Virus record (IMG/VR): IMGVR_UViG_2579778686_000011
Strand: one strand, 5' to 3'
Source: a virus
Taxonomy: Duplodnaviria > Heunggongvirae > Uroviricota > Caudoviricetes
Length of the DNA stretch: 42,971 bases
Shown here piece after piece: positions 8,409 to 17,542 of the stretch (the stretch's first letter is position 1; the number at the start of each line of letters is the position of its first letter). The notes beneath the pieces were generated by a model. That model ran no database searches, was not told where the DNA came from, and saw nothing but the letters and a program-made list of their open reading frames with translations. The translations under genes and the position numbers were made by a program.

Positions 8409-8765
8409 ATGCTCATAGATTTGGTTTTACCTTACCCGCCGACGGTGAACACTTACTGGCGACGCCGTGGCAGCACATATTTTATCTCGGAGGAGGGAAA
8501 GCGTTATCGCCGGGCTGTGGCGCTTATTGTTCGCCAGCAGCGGCTGAAATTAAGCCTGTCCGGAAGGCTGGCGATAAAGGTGATTGCAGAGCCACCGGAT
8601 AAGCGTCGTCGCGACCTGGACAATATCCTGAAAGCACCGCTGGATGCGCTGACGCATGCGGGAGTGTTAATGGACGATGAGCAGTTTGATGAAATCAATA
8701 TCGTTCGTGGTCAGCCAGTATCTGGCGGACGTCTGGGGGTGAAGATTTACCCCATAATGCATTAA
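8409..8765 (+). CDS. rusA: Holliday junction resolvase RusA
   Basis: 118 aa with LPYPPTVNTYWRRRG and RRRDLDNILKAPLDALT matching the RusA catalytic motif. Confidence 0.85.
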   Translation: MLIDLVLPYPPTVNTYWRRRGSTYFISEEGKRYRRAVALIVRQQRLKLSLSGRLAIKVIAEPPDKRRRDLDNILKAPLDALTHAGVLMDDEQFDEINIVRGQPVSGGRLGVKIYPIMH

Positions 8766-8779
8766 GAGCAGGTCAAAAA

Positions 8780-9601
8780 ATGAAACTGGAAGATTTACCG
8801 AAATACTACTCCCCAAAATCCCCTGGCCTGACCGATGCATCGGCCTCAACGTCAAAAGATGCGCTGAGTATCACTGATGTGATGGCCGCGCAGGGCATGA
8901 CACAGAATCGGGCTGAGATGGGTTTTTCTGCGTTCCTGGGGAAAATGGGCATCAGTATGAATGACAGGGCGCGGGCAACAGAATTACTGGCAGATTATGC
9001 ACTCAGTCGGTGCGATCGTGTGGCGGCGTTGAGAAAACTTCCGGCAGAAATAAAACCGGTAGTGATGCGCATTATGGCTTCGTACGCTTTTGAGGATTAT
9101 GCCCGCAGCGCAGCGAGTAAAAAGCAGTGCCCTTGTTGCTATGGGGAAAAATTTATTGAAAGCATAGTTTTTACAAACAAGGTCCAGTATCCGGATGGTA
9201 AGCCGCCGGTATGGGCAAAGTGTACGAAAGGTGTGTATCCGTCTTACTGGGAAGAATGGAAAAAAGTCAGGGAGGTGGTAAAAGTTGCCTGTCCGGAGTG
9301 TGGCGGAAAGGGTGAGGTTTCCACCGCCTGTAAGGATTGCCGTGGGCGTGGTGTCGCCATTCATCGTGAAGAGTCGGTAAAACGTGGTATGCCTGTTGTC
9401 AGAGACTGCCAGCGTTGTGGTGGTCGTGGCTATGAAAGACTACCATCAACGGAGGCATTTAATGCTATATGCGAGGTGACAAACCAGATAACACGCGCGT
9501 CATGGGAAAAAACAGTTAAGAAATTCTATGATGCGCTGGTGACCCGGTTTGATATTGAAGAAGCATGGGCTGAGCGGCAGTTAAAAAAGGTAACTAGGTA
9601 A
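8780..9601 (+). CDS. Late-gene antiterminator Q-like protein
   Basis: 273 aa with several CxxC pairs (CPCC, CPECGGKG, CKDCRGRG, CQRCGGRG); sits immediately upstream of a late-promoter-like region and tRNAs. Confidence 0.7.
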   Translation: MKLEDLPKYYSPKSPGLTDASASTSKDALSITDVMAAQGMTQNRAEMGFSAFLGKMGISMNDRARATELLADYALSRCDRVAALRKLPAEIKPVVMRIMASYAFEDYARSAASKKQCPCCYGEKFIESIVFTNKVQYPDGKPPVWAKCTKGVYPSYWEEWKKVREVVKVACPECGGKGEVSTACKDCRGRGVAIHREESVKRGMPVVRDCQRCGGRGYERLPSTEAFNAICEVTNQITRASWEKTVKKFYDALVTRFDIEEAWAERQLKKVTR

Positions 9602-9606
9602 CAAGG

Positions 9607-9634
9607 TTGATTTTTCCGGAATCTGTGGTAAATT
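9607..9634 (+). promoter_or_regulatory. Candidate late promoter pR'-like (-35 TTGATT, 16 bp spacer, -10 TAAATT)
   Basis: Hexamers read directly, just downstream of the Q-like gene. Confidence 0.4.
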
Positions 9635-9682
9635 CGTCATAATGATGGGCTTTTTATGCCTGACGTTAGAAGAGTTTCTACA

Positions 9683-9704
9683 ACCCGCCGCCGAGCGGGT
9701 TTTT
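9683..9704 (+). terminator. Candidate tR'-like terminator
   Basis: CCCGC...GCGGG hairpin followed by TTTTTTATT, about 50 nt downstream of the candidate promoter. Confidence 0.45.
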
Positions 9705-9744
9705 TATTGCGGAATTAATTACGGACCGTTATTATTCTGCTCCC

Positions 9745-9820
9745 GGCCCTTTAGCTCAGTGGTGAGAGCGAGCGACTCATAATCGCCAGGTCGCTGGTTC
9801 AAATCCAGCAAGGGCCACCA
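9745..9820 (+). tRNA. tRNA with CAT anticodon (Met or lysidine-type Ile2), 76 nt with encoded CCA
   Basis: Acceptor stem GGCCCTT/AAGGGCC, GTTCAAATC T-loop, anticodon loop CTCATAA. Confidence 0.85.
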
Positions 9821-9920
9821 TCACAAACCGCCATTAGCTTATCAGGAAGAGCAGACGACACGATAACAGGGTTGTTGGTGCGGGGGCGGGTCCCCGATGG
9901 CGGTCCATTATCGGTATTCA

Positions 9921-9997
9921 GCGTTGTTAGCTCAGCCGGACAGAGCAATTGCCTTCTAAGCAATCGGTCACTGGTTCGAATCCAGTACAGCGCGCCA
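9921..9997 (+). tRNA. tRNA-Arg (anticodon TCT), 77 nt with encoded CCA
   Basis: Acceptor stem GCGTTGT/ACAGCGC, GGTTCGAATCC T-arm, anticodon stem ATTGC/GCAAT with loop CTTCTAA. Confidence 0.85.
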
Positions 9998-10107
9998 TAT
10001 TCATTCTTCCAGATTCCTTCCGGCAGAGCCTTATACTGGAATATACCTGGCTCAGGATATTGTTGAAAACATAATATGTTTGTCAAAAATAAAAGTTCTG
10101 TTAAGTA

Positions 10108-10461
10108 TTGATTGAGTGTTTGTTATACGGTCTAATGGTTTTTTCAGCATTAAATATTTATCATTCATATGGTGTGGGTAGAGTGAATATTGATGAGGCG
10201 TCGGGGTGTTTCATCCTTAGGCAGCGTATTGATATAGTCAATGCAGAACGAGCAAAGGCCTTCAGCCGTTTGACAGTTTTGTTCTGTACTCCTGATCGTC
10301 TTTCGGGAAGAGACGTTATTATTCTGAATAGTGATGCTATACAGAGGGTTTGCGATGAGTTCATGGTGGCTAATTCAGAATTATTTGCTCTTGTTCAGGA
10401 GTACAACAGAATAGCCAGGACCTGTGGTATGGATGAACTTCGGATTACTCATCTGGGGTAG
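10108..10461 (+). CDS. Hypothetical protein (117 aa; start uncertain)
   Basis: Open frame in the slot between the tRNAs and the esterase gene; no recognisable motif. Confidence 0.3.
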   Translation: MIECLLYGLMVFSALNIYHSYGVGRVNIDEASGCFILRQRIDIVNAERAKAFSRLTVLFCTPDRLSGRDVIILNSDAIQRVCDEFMVANSELFALVQEYNRIARTCGMDELRITHLG

Positions 10462-10851
10462 ATACATATCTGGATTATCACCGGTTACGGTAAAAAGTGA
10501 TTGCTTACTGTTTTTGTGAATGGCATTGCAGCAGCCGGATAATGTCAGTGCTGGCTGACGGTGTGCTGGTGGCGGGTGTGGTGGTTGCTGCTTTCCCGTT
10601 GCTGAAAAAGAAAACGCCAGACTGTTAGCCGGGTATCAGTTAGCGGGAGAAATTTTTAAATACTTCACAATTCAGGCGGTTGACTGTTGTCTGGTTTGCG
10701 GGGAGTTTGTTAAAAGAAACTGGCATGGTGAATCCCCCTGTGCGGAGGGGCAATCAGCGAGTAGGTATATGGGATAATCGCGGATTCAGGTGCTGGTACT
10801 GAATTCACCGGGAGGCACCCGGCACCATGCAATGGCACATAGCGCCACTCT

Positions 10852-10880
10852 CCAGCCCCTCTCCGGAGGGGCTGTTTATA
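10852..10880 (+). terminator. Rho-independent terminator
   Basis: Perfect 8 bp stem AGCCCCTC-TCCG-GAGGGGCT followed by GTTTATATTGATTTT. Confidence 0.6.
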
Positions 10881-10908
10881 TTGATTTTGTCAGATGTGAG
10901 TAAACTCC

Positions 10909-11244
10909 TTATGGACTTTGTTGTTTTAGCCCATAAGGACATATTTGCAGAGTGCAACGGTTATTAAAGCATTCATTCAATACGTTATCTGTATTTGTAG
11001 GGCATTCCTGGCTGTTTTTGATTAAATTCCAGAATGTTTTATTGAATGGTACTACGTTGTAAATGGTTACAGGCAGCACTTTGTTATTGAGCATGATGCC
11101 TGTGTGAGTCAGTGTAAATATACTTTCAGGAGGTAAGAAAGCATCCGATTGATACCAGATTATTAATTTTATTTTACTCCATATGACTGAAAAAGATATT
11201 CCGCATGATGGCTGGATAACTGTATCAATCACAATCCACTTCAT
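10909..11244 (-). CDS. Hypothetical protein (111 aa) in AT-rich DNA, opposite strand to the late operon
   Basis: Open frame only; Cys-containing, no motif recognised. Confidence 0.3.
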   Translation of the reverse strand: MKWIVIDTVIQPSCGISFSVIWSKIKLIIWYQSDAFLPPESIFTLTHTGIMLNNKVLPVTIYNVVPFNKTFWNLIKNSQECPTNTDNVLNECFNNRCTLQICPYGLKQQSP

Positions 11245-11504
11245 TTAGTTTCCTTGTTTATGCCTTGCTGGTGATGTTCTGAAAAGTATAAATGATATTT
11301 TTGATTGTAAACCATAGAGCAGAATTATTTTTCTGATGTTGTTTATTGTTTATTTAAATGCAGGGTGGTTTATATCTCGTCTTGTAGTTTATCCATGCAT
11401 ATCTGCTTGATGATGAGGTTTTTAATTAAGGTATGGTTTTGTGTTTTTTCTGTATTACATGTCAGGTATTTTAAAGAATCATTTTTCAGATGGTGGAAAG
11501 AACC

Positions 11505-13358
11505 ATGGCATTTAAACACTATGATGTTGTCAGGGCGGCGTCGCCGTCAGATCTTGCGGAAAAGCTGACACATAAACTGAAAGAGGGCTGGCAGCCGTTT
11601 GGTAGTCCGGTGGCCATAACCCCTTATACCCTGATGCAGGCGATTGCAGCAGAAGGTGATGTGGTCGTCAGTGGTGCAACTGAGCCGGAGTGGTACTACG
11701 TCATCGTACTGGCCGGGCAGTCCAATGCCATGGCTTACGGTGAAGGGCTTCCGCTTCCGGATTCATACGATGCGCCCCATCCGCGCATTAAGCAACTGGC
11801 CCGTCGTAACACAGTGACTCCCGGTGGTGAAGTATGCGTATTTAACGACATCATTCCTGCTGACCATTGTCTGCATGATGTTCAGGATATGAGTACGATT
11901 AACCATCCCCGGGCTGACCTGAGCAAAGGGCAGTACGGCTGTGTCGGACAGGGCTTACATATTGCCAAAAAACTGCTTCCGTATATCCCTAATAACGCGG
12001 GGATCCTGCTGGTACCATGCTGTCGTGGTGGTTCGGCATTCACCCAGGGCACGGAGGGGACATTCAGCGAGTCCACGGGGGCCAGTCAGGATTCGGCTCG
12101 CTGGGGAGTGGGTAAGCCGTTATATCAGGATCTGCTTTTCCGCACGAAGGCAGCATTGCAGAAAAACCCGAAAAACGTTTTGCTGGCGATATGCTGGATG
12201 CAGGGGGAATTCGATATGACGAATGCCAGTTACGCCCAGCAGCCAGCAGCATTTCTTGCAATGGTACAGCAGTTCCGTGCTGACCTTGCCGGGCTGGCGG
12301 CGCAGTGTCACGGTGGAAGTCCGGCATCAGTCCCCTGGATTTGTGGCGACACGACATACGCGTGGAAACAAGAACACGGTACGCAATATGAAGTGGTATA
12401 TGGTGCATATAAAGGTAAAGAATCCCAGCAGATTTATTTTGTTCCCTTTATGACCGATGGTAGCGGAGTTAATACACCGACAAACAACCCGTCAGAAGAT
12501 CCTGATATTGTCGGGTCTGGTTATTACGGTTCGGCATCCCGAACGAACAAAAACTGGGTATCATCAAATCGCCCGACGCATTTCAGCTCATGGGCGCGTC
12601 GTGGCATTATTCCCGATCGTATGGCAACCGCTATTCTGAACGCAGCCGGGCGCACCTCAGCCTTCATCAGTGGTAAGGCACCGGAAATCAAACCCTCGCC
12701 CGGCGGCGACACGCCATCGGGTCCGTCTGCAGATACGTCCGTTCGCACAATCTCCCTGCTGCCGACAGCCGGAGAGGCTGCTGCGCAGGGCTGGAGCATT
12801 AAGAATGGCGGAATTCAGTTGTCAGATGGTGTATTTAAGATCACCAAGCAGAGCAATAAAGCCTGGTCCCTGACGCGCCCGGTGGATGACGCAGTCTCCC
12901 TGCTGACACGGGGTGGCAGACTGAGCTGTAAGTTTCGACTGTCAGGCGCACTGACCAACAACCAGTTCGGTCTGGGAATTTATCTGTATACCGATGTAGC
13001 GTTACCTGACGTCGTGGCGATGACCGGGACTGGTAACCCGTTCCTGATGTCGTTCTTCACCCAGACCACAGACGGCAAACTGAATCTGATGCATCACAAG
13101 AAAGCCGGAAACACAAAGTTGGGCGAGTTCGGGAATTACAGTAACGACTGGCAGACGCTGGAGCTGGTGTTCACCGCCGGCAGTGCCACGGTTACTCCGA
13201 AACTGAATGGAGTGGCTGGCCCGGCATTCCAGGTCATAAAAGACAGTCTGACAGTGGGACTAAATGCACTGACGCTGACGGATATTACCAAAAATGCAAC
13301 GTATGGCGTTGAGATAGAAAGTCTGGTGCTGGAGATAAATGCACCGGCATCATCATAA
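11505..13358 (+). CDS. nanS: Prophage sialate O-acetylesterase NanS-p-like protein (SASA/SGNH esterase N-domain plus C-terminal domain)
   Basis: [14 protein letters not shown] matches the GQSN esterase motif; size and position (downstream of the tRNAs, upstream of lysis genes) match NanS-p of Stx-type phages; alternative start ATG 11490. Confidence 0.75.
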   Translation: MAFKHYDVVRAASPSDLAEKLTHKLKEGWQPFGSPVAITPYTLMQAIAAEGDVVVSGATEPEWYYVIVLAGQSNAMAYGEGLPLPDSYDAPHPRIKQLARRNTVTPGGEVCVFNDIIPADHCLHDVQDMSTINHPRADLSKGQYGCVGQGLHIAKKLLPYIPNNAGILLVPCCRGGSAFTQGTEGTFSESTGASQDSARWGVGKPLYQDLLFRTKAALQKNPKNVLLAICWMQGEFDMTNASYAQQPAAFLAMVQQFRADLAGLAAQCHGGSPASVPWICGDTTYAWKQEHGTQYEVVYGAYKGKESQQIYFVPFMTDGSGVNTPTNNPSEDPDIVGSGYYGSASRTNKNWVSSNRPTHFSSWARRGIIPDRMATAILNAAGRTSAFISGKAPEIKPSPGGDTPSGPSADTSVRTISLLPTAGEAAAQGWSIKNGGIQLSDGVFKITKQSNKAWSLTRPVDDAVSLLTRGGRLSCKFRLSGALTNNQFGLGIYLYTDVALPDVVAMTGTGNPFLMSFFTQTTDGKLNLMHHKKAGNTKLGEFGNYSNDWQTLELVFTAGSATVTPKLNGVAGPAFQVIKDSLTVGLNALTLTDITKNATYGVEIESLVLEINAPASS

Positions 13359-13507
13359 AAAGTGAGCCAGTCAAATGGAAGGTATCGTTAAACTCACCGG
13401 TAGTGTCAGTGGGTCGTCTGAGACGCCTGCATGAGTTATCAGAGCCATCAGTACTTAACTGGTGGCTTTTTTATTGTTGTCAGCTTCCGGATAACGGGAG
13501 ACGGGGT

Positions 13508-13723
13508 ATGTACCAGATGGAAAAAATCACAACAGGTGTGTCATACACCACGTCAGCGGTGGGAACGGGCTACTGGTTCCTGCAGTTGCTGGACAGGGTT
13601 TCCCCGTCTCAGTGGGCGGCAATAGGCGTGCTGGGGAGTCTGCTGTTTGGGCTGCTGACATATCTGACTAACCTGTATTTCAAAATCAGAGAGGACCGTC
13701 GTAAGGCTGCACGGGGAGAGTAA
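13508..13723 (+). CDS. S: Holin with dual-start motif (MYQM)
   Basis: 71 aa, two hydrophobic segments and a charged C-terminus ([13 protein letters not shown]); Met1 and Met4 mirror the lambda holin/antiholin dual start. Confidence 0.8.
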   Translation: MYQMEKITTGVSYTTSAVGTGYWFLQLLDRVSPSQWAAIGVLGSLLFGLLTYLTNLYFKIREDRRKAARGE

Positions 13724-13727
13724 TTCA

Positions 13728-14042
13728 ATGACTCAAAACTATAAACTGATTGTGAAAGGGATCCGCAATTTTGAGAATAAAGTTACGGTAACTTTAGCGT
13801 TACGGGACAAAAAACGCTTTGACGGTGAAATTTTTGACCTGGACATCTCGCTGGACCGTGTTGAAGGTGCCGCGCTGGAGTTTTATGAGGCAGCAGCCAG
13901 AAGGAGCATCAGACAGGTCTTCCTGGATGTTGCTGCCGGGTTATGTGAAGGGGACGAGCTGTTGCCAGAAACGCGCCCCTGTTCAGAGGCGCGGTATACC
14001 ATAAAAATTAACAGTTCTGATAACTCGATTACGGGTTGTTAG
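13728..14042 (+). CDS. Hypothetical protein between holin and endolysin (104 aa)
   Basis: Tightly packed open frame in the lysis cassette; no motif recognised. Confidence 0.45.
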   Translation: MTQNYKLIVKGIRNFENKVTVTLALRDKKRFDGEIFDLDISLDRVEGAALEFYEAAARRSIRQVFLDVAAGLCEGDELLPETRPCSEARYTIKINSSDNSITGC

Positions 14043-14097
14043 CTTTTTGCAGTTGGCTTTCCGGTATCTTTCATTGGTAGCATCCTGATAAATATCC

Positions 14098-14631
14098 ATG
14101 AGCGCAAAAATCAAATACGGCCTGTCAGCTGCTGTTCTGGCGCTGATTGCTGCAGGCGCGTCTGCTCCTCAAATACTTGACCAGTTTCTGGATGAAAAAG
14201 AGGGTAACCACACTACGGCATACCGCGATGGTTCCGGTTTATGGACCATCTGTCGTGGTGCCACAATGGTGGATGGTAAGCCCGTCATACCGGGAATGAA
14301 GCTGTCGAAGGAAAAATGCGACCAGGTTAACGCTATTGAACGTGATAAGGCGCTGGCATGGGTGGAGCGCAATATTAAAGTACCACTGACCGAACCACAG
14401 AAAGCGGGTATAGCGTCATTCTGTCCCTATAACATTGGCCCCGGTAAGTGTTTCCCGTCGACGTTTTATAAGCGGCTGAATGCCGGTGATCGTAAGGGCG
14501 CATGCGAGGCGATTCGCTGGTGGATAAAAGATGGTGGGCACGATTGCCGCATACGTTCAAATAACTGCTATGGACAGGTTATTCGTCGTGACCAGGAAAG
14601 CGCATTAGCCTGTTGGGGGATAGATCAGTGA
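14098..14631 (+). CDS. R: SAR endolysin (lysozyme-like, signal-anchor-release type)
   Basis: N-terminal weakly hydrophobic Ala/Gly-rich segment [15 protein letters not shown] followed by a lysozyme-like core ([18 protein letters not shown]). Confidence 0.85.
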   Translation: MSAKIKYGLSAAVLALIAAGASAPQILDQFLDEKEGNHTTAYRDGSGLWTICRGATMVDGKPVIPGMKLSKEKCDQVNAIERDKALAWVERNIKVPLTEPQKAGIASFCPYNIGPGKCFPSTFYKRLNAGDRKGACEAIRWWIKDGGHDCRIRSNNCYGQVIRRDQESALACWGIDQ

Positions 14632-15086
14632 GCAGAGTCGCAGCGATTATTTATACTCTGGTTATCTGCACCATCGTCTGCCTGTCGTGGGCGGTCAATC
14701 ATTACCGTGATAACGCCATCGCCTACAAAGAGCAGCGCGATAACAAGGCCAGTGAACTGGAGAAGGCGAACGCCACCATCGCTGACATGCGGAAGCGTCA
14801 ACGTGATGTAGCAGAACTCGACGCAAGATACACAAAGGAGCTTGCTGATGCTAACGCGACTATCGAAAGTCTCCGTGCTGATGTTTCTGCTGGGCGTAAG
14901 CGCCTGCAAGTCGCCGCCACCTGTGCAAAGTCAACGACCGGAGCCAGCGGCATGGGCGATGGAGAAAGCCTAGGACTTACAGCAGATGCTGAACTCAATT
15001 ATTACCGTCTCCGAAGTGGAATCGACAAGATAACCGCGCAGGTCAACTACCTGCAGGAGTACATCAGGACGCAGTGCTTAAAATAA
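14628..15086 (+). CDS. Rz: i-spanin Rz
   Basis: GTG start overlapping the endolysin stop; N-terminal TM helix then a coiled-coil-rich periplasmic domain; Rz1 embedded in the +1 frame. Confidence 0.75.
   Translation: MSRVAAIIYTLVICTIVCLSWAVNHYRDNAIAYKEQRDNKASELEKANATIADMRKRQRDVAELDARYTKELADANATIESLRADVSAGRKRLQVAATCAKSTTGASGMGDGESLGLTADAELNYYRLRSGIDKITAQVNYLQEYIRTQCLK
14848..14973 (+). CDS. Rz1: o-spanin Rz1 (embedded lipoprotein, 41 aa)
   Basis: Hand translation [41 protein letters not shown]: lipobox LGVSAC, Pro-rich mature part, AAAGGAG RBS 7 nt upstream, entirely inside Rz. Confidence 0.75.
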   Translation: MLTRLSKVSVLMFLLGVSACKSPPPVQSQRPEPAAWAMEKA

Positions 15087-15126
15087 TTTTAATTTCACTG
15101 AAATTTAATACGTGACTTTCAGGAAA

Positions 15127-15153
15127 ATGCCTCGCAGATGCGGGGCATTTTTG
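15127..15153 (+). terminator. Rho-independent terminator after the lysis operon
   Basis: ATGCCTCGC-AGA-TGCGGGGCAT hairpin (one mismatch) followed by TTTTTG. Confidence 0.6.
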
Positions 15154-15445
15154 TACAGGTATTTCACCGCGCACCGCAGCGCACTCAACCACGTCGAACC
15201 AAACCCTTTGGAATGAGCCTTTGAGTAGTCAGTTAGTGCTGGTGAGCCTTGACGGGCTGATCTCCTATGCAGCAAAGGTTCATCTCAAAGTAAGGCGAAC
15301 GCTATGACAAACCAAGATTCTATAGACCTATCTGATCTTCGTGGAATGGTCAGTTTTCCAGACAAAAGGTAATCACCATAGTCGTATGGCTATGAATCTT
15401 GTTGCTGCAGATAAGCATTTTGTGATTGAAGTGGTCAAATCTCTC

Positions 15446-15474
15446 AAATGCAGTAAAATGCAGTGCGCTATAAT
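15446..15474 (+). promoter_or_regulatory. Candidate promoter/operator for the cargo gene at 15503 (tandem AAATGCAGT repeats then perfect -10 TATAAT at 15469-15474)
   Basis: Direct repeat AAATGCAGT at 15446-15454 and 15456-15464 abutting TATAAT; AAGGAG RBS at 15493-15498. Confidence 0.4.
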
Positions 15475-15502
15475 TCAATAACGGAGGGAGTAAGGAGAAG
15501 TC

Positions 15503-16123
15503 ATGAAAGATCAAGATGTTAGGTTCGCGGTGCATCATAAGCTTTTGAAAGAATCGCATTTAGATCCAGACTGCCTTGTGGTCGATGAATTTTCCATATC
15601 CCTTGGCGCCAGTAGAGCAGACATTGCTGTAATAAATGGTGTTATACACGGGTACGAGCTCAAAAGTGAATATGACTCTTTGGAGCGTTTGCCTCTTCAA
15701 ATCAAGCATTATTCTTCTGTAATGGACAAGGTTACTCTTGTCGTAGCTGAGAAACATCTTGAGGGAGCATTAAAGTTAATCCCAGGTTGGTGGGGCGTTA
15801 AAACGGTTTCTGTTGGGCCAAAAGGCGCCATTCTTATAAAGCACATGCGTGGAGAAAAGCTTAATCGAAACCATGACACATTGATGCTCGCTCAATTGCT
15901 TTGGAAAGATGAATGTATCGACGTACTTGAACGATGGGGCTATTCCAAAGGAATCAAAAGCAAGCCCCGATTTGAGTTATGGAATATTATTGCGGAAAAT
16001 ATTCCAATAGCGAATCTCAGGCTTGAAGTCAGAACAGCCTTAAAGAAACGCGTAGGCTGGAAAGTTAAGGCTTGGCAGGCTGAGTCTGCGCCAACCAATA
16101 AAGCTGTTTCACGACTAACGTAA
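15503..16123 (+). CDS. PD-(D/E)xK-like nuclease-fold protein (206 aa), cargo gene
   Basis: Spacing of acidic and lysine residues (VVDEF ... RADIAVINGVIHGYELKS) fits a restriction-endonuclease-like D...D...ExK core; strong RBS; AT-rich context. Confidence 0.6.
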   Translation: MKDQDVRFAVHHKLLKESHLDPDCLVVDEFSISLGASRADIAVINGVIHGYELKSEYDSLERLPLQIKHYSSVMDKVTLVVAEKHLEGALKLIPGWWGVKTVSVGPKGAILIKHMRGEKLNRNHDTLMLAQLLWKDECIDVLERWGYSKGIKSKPRFELWNIIAENIPIANLRLEVRTALKKRVGWKVKAWQAESAPTNKAVSRLT

Positions 16124-17132
16124 TATGGTGCGTATGTGCAACTTTACGCCATTCTTTAGAGCCGCCAGATTTGTTAGCGCCTAATGATCTTTGGTAAATG
16201 TAATCATCCCCCCAACTAAATTTGGAACCAAAGACTTGATACTCTGGCGAACTAACAAGGGTAGTACATAAGTTTTTAGTTTGGCCCCATCCATTTCCTT
16301 TAACTGCGGTACCTTTTACAAAGATCCATGAGGTATCGTTCGAATATCTCACTGAGACATACTGAGACATGAAGCGTGGGTCTACGCTCGTAATGGTAGA
16401 GCTAGCGGTGGGATAATCACTAAAACTTGGCGTTCTTCCATTGCTAAAATTCTGTACTACGTGCATCCAAAGATCGTATTCATGGCGCGGAATATGATGA
16501 ACTTGATGTTGCGGTATCCCTGCCTGTGATGCTGGGTATGCGGTTGAAGATAAAATCAAGTTTCTCCACGGAGCTTGGCCTGATAATGTGTTGACCATGC
16601 TTAATGCTTGTTGTTTTAAACTATCAGTTGCGTTTTGAATATCTCCAAAATCAATGATTACATCAATTAAACTAGGATGAATATTTAAGTGGTTAACCAG
16701 ACTTGTGAATTGGTGCCATGTCTGGGGGGTGATAGATATAGCGAGCCCATTGATTAAGTTGCGTTGAACAGCATGTATATAGTTTGTTGAATATGCGGGA
16801 GAAACAACAGGGATAATTTCCTTACCATTTACTCTAGCATCTTGGATACACATATCTAGAGGATGATGGCGGCTCGAACCATGTTTATCTAAATATTTAA
16901 CATCCAGCAAAACAGGACGATTGGCTTTCCAGGATGCCGCAAGGTTAATACCGAAGTCAGATAAGTAAGAACTCAAACTCTTCTTGTAGCATTCGTTTTC
17001 ATAATCCCAGTCTATGTCTGGAATGGTAATGATCGGAGTAAAACCAGAGAGCGTAGTTTGATCTAAAAGCATCAGAGATTCATATTCAGCAGGCTTCCAT
17101 TTCAGCTGTGGATAATATTGATGTTGACTCAT
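16065..17132 (-). CDS. Uncharacterised 355 aa protein convergent with, and overlapping, the PD-(D/E)xK-like gene
   Basis: AAGGAG RBS 5 nt before ATG 17132; N-terminal motif YYPQLKWKPAEYESLMLL; 3' ends of the two genes overlap by 59 bp. Confidence 0.65.
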   Translation of the reverse strand: MSQHQYYPQLKWKPAEYESLMLLDQTTLSGFTPIITIPDIDWDYENECYKKSLSSYLSDFGINLAASWKANRPVLLDVKYLDKHGSSRHHPLDMCIQDARVNGKEIIPVVSPAYSTNYIHAVQRNLINGLAISITPQTWHQFTSLVNHLNIHPSLIDVIIDFGDIQNATDSLKQQALSMVNTLSGQAPWRNLILSSTAYPASQAGIPQHQVHHIPRHEYDLWMHVVQNFSNGRTPSFSDYPTASSTITSVDPRFMSQYVSVRYSNDTSWIFVKGTAVKGNGWGQTKNLCTTLVSSPEYQVFGSKFSWGDDYIYQRSLGANKSGGSKEWRKVAHTHHITLVVKQLYWLAQTQPAKP

Positions 17133-17339
17133 TAAAACTCCTTAAAATCTTTACTTATCCTAAGTATAGTGTTATGGCGTAACGCCAATTGTTTTTATAC
17201 ACTTGAAAACATTAGGAAAAGTTGAGCTATATCTAAATTTACAAAATTGGATGTTATAGAAATCGAGGTTTCAACTAGGCATGGAACTGCAAAATTTTTA
17301 ATGCCTGCACGCGAAAGTCGTTGGCGGGTCCTTTCCGGT

Positions 17340-17520
17340 GATCCAGACCGTTACGGGGCGGCGACCTCGCGGTTTTTCACTATTTATGAAAATTTTTCAG
17401 GGAAAATCGTGTCGGTACTTCTCGAATATAACTTTTTGTTTTTTTTAATATTGCATTCATAAATGTCCGACATGAAAGTGTCCGAAAATGCCTTTTTCTG
17501 GCGTTTTCATGTCGGGCCTT
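17340..17520. other. cos: cos site: cosN cohesive-end sequence GGGCGGCGACCT at 17356-17367 with downstream cosB-like repeats
   Basis: ...GTTACG|GGGCGGCGACCTCGCGG...TATTTATGAAAATTTT closely matches the lambda left end; repeated CATGTCGG/CCGACATG elements between cosN and Nu1. Confidence 0.8.
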
Positions 17521-17542
17521 GTATTTGATAATGGGTTGTTCT

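Noticed and set aside
9821-9920. Possible third tRNA between the two tRNAs
   Set aside because: No acceptor-stem, T-arm or anticodon-arm pairing could be built; only a GC-rich hairpin is present.
9997-11490. Shiga toxin genes stxA/stxB expected downstream of the tRNAs
   Set aside because: No frame here has the size or features of StxA (~315 aa) or StxB (~89 aa, signal peptide); the slot holds unrelated ORFs.
17247-17462. 71 aa ORF upstream of Nu1
   Set aside because: Spans the cos site (cosN at 17356-17367); this region is conserved as DNA signal, not coding sequence.
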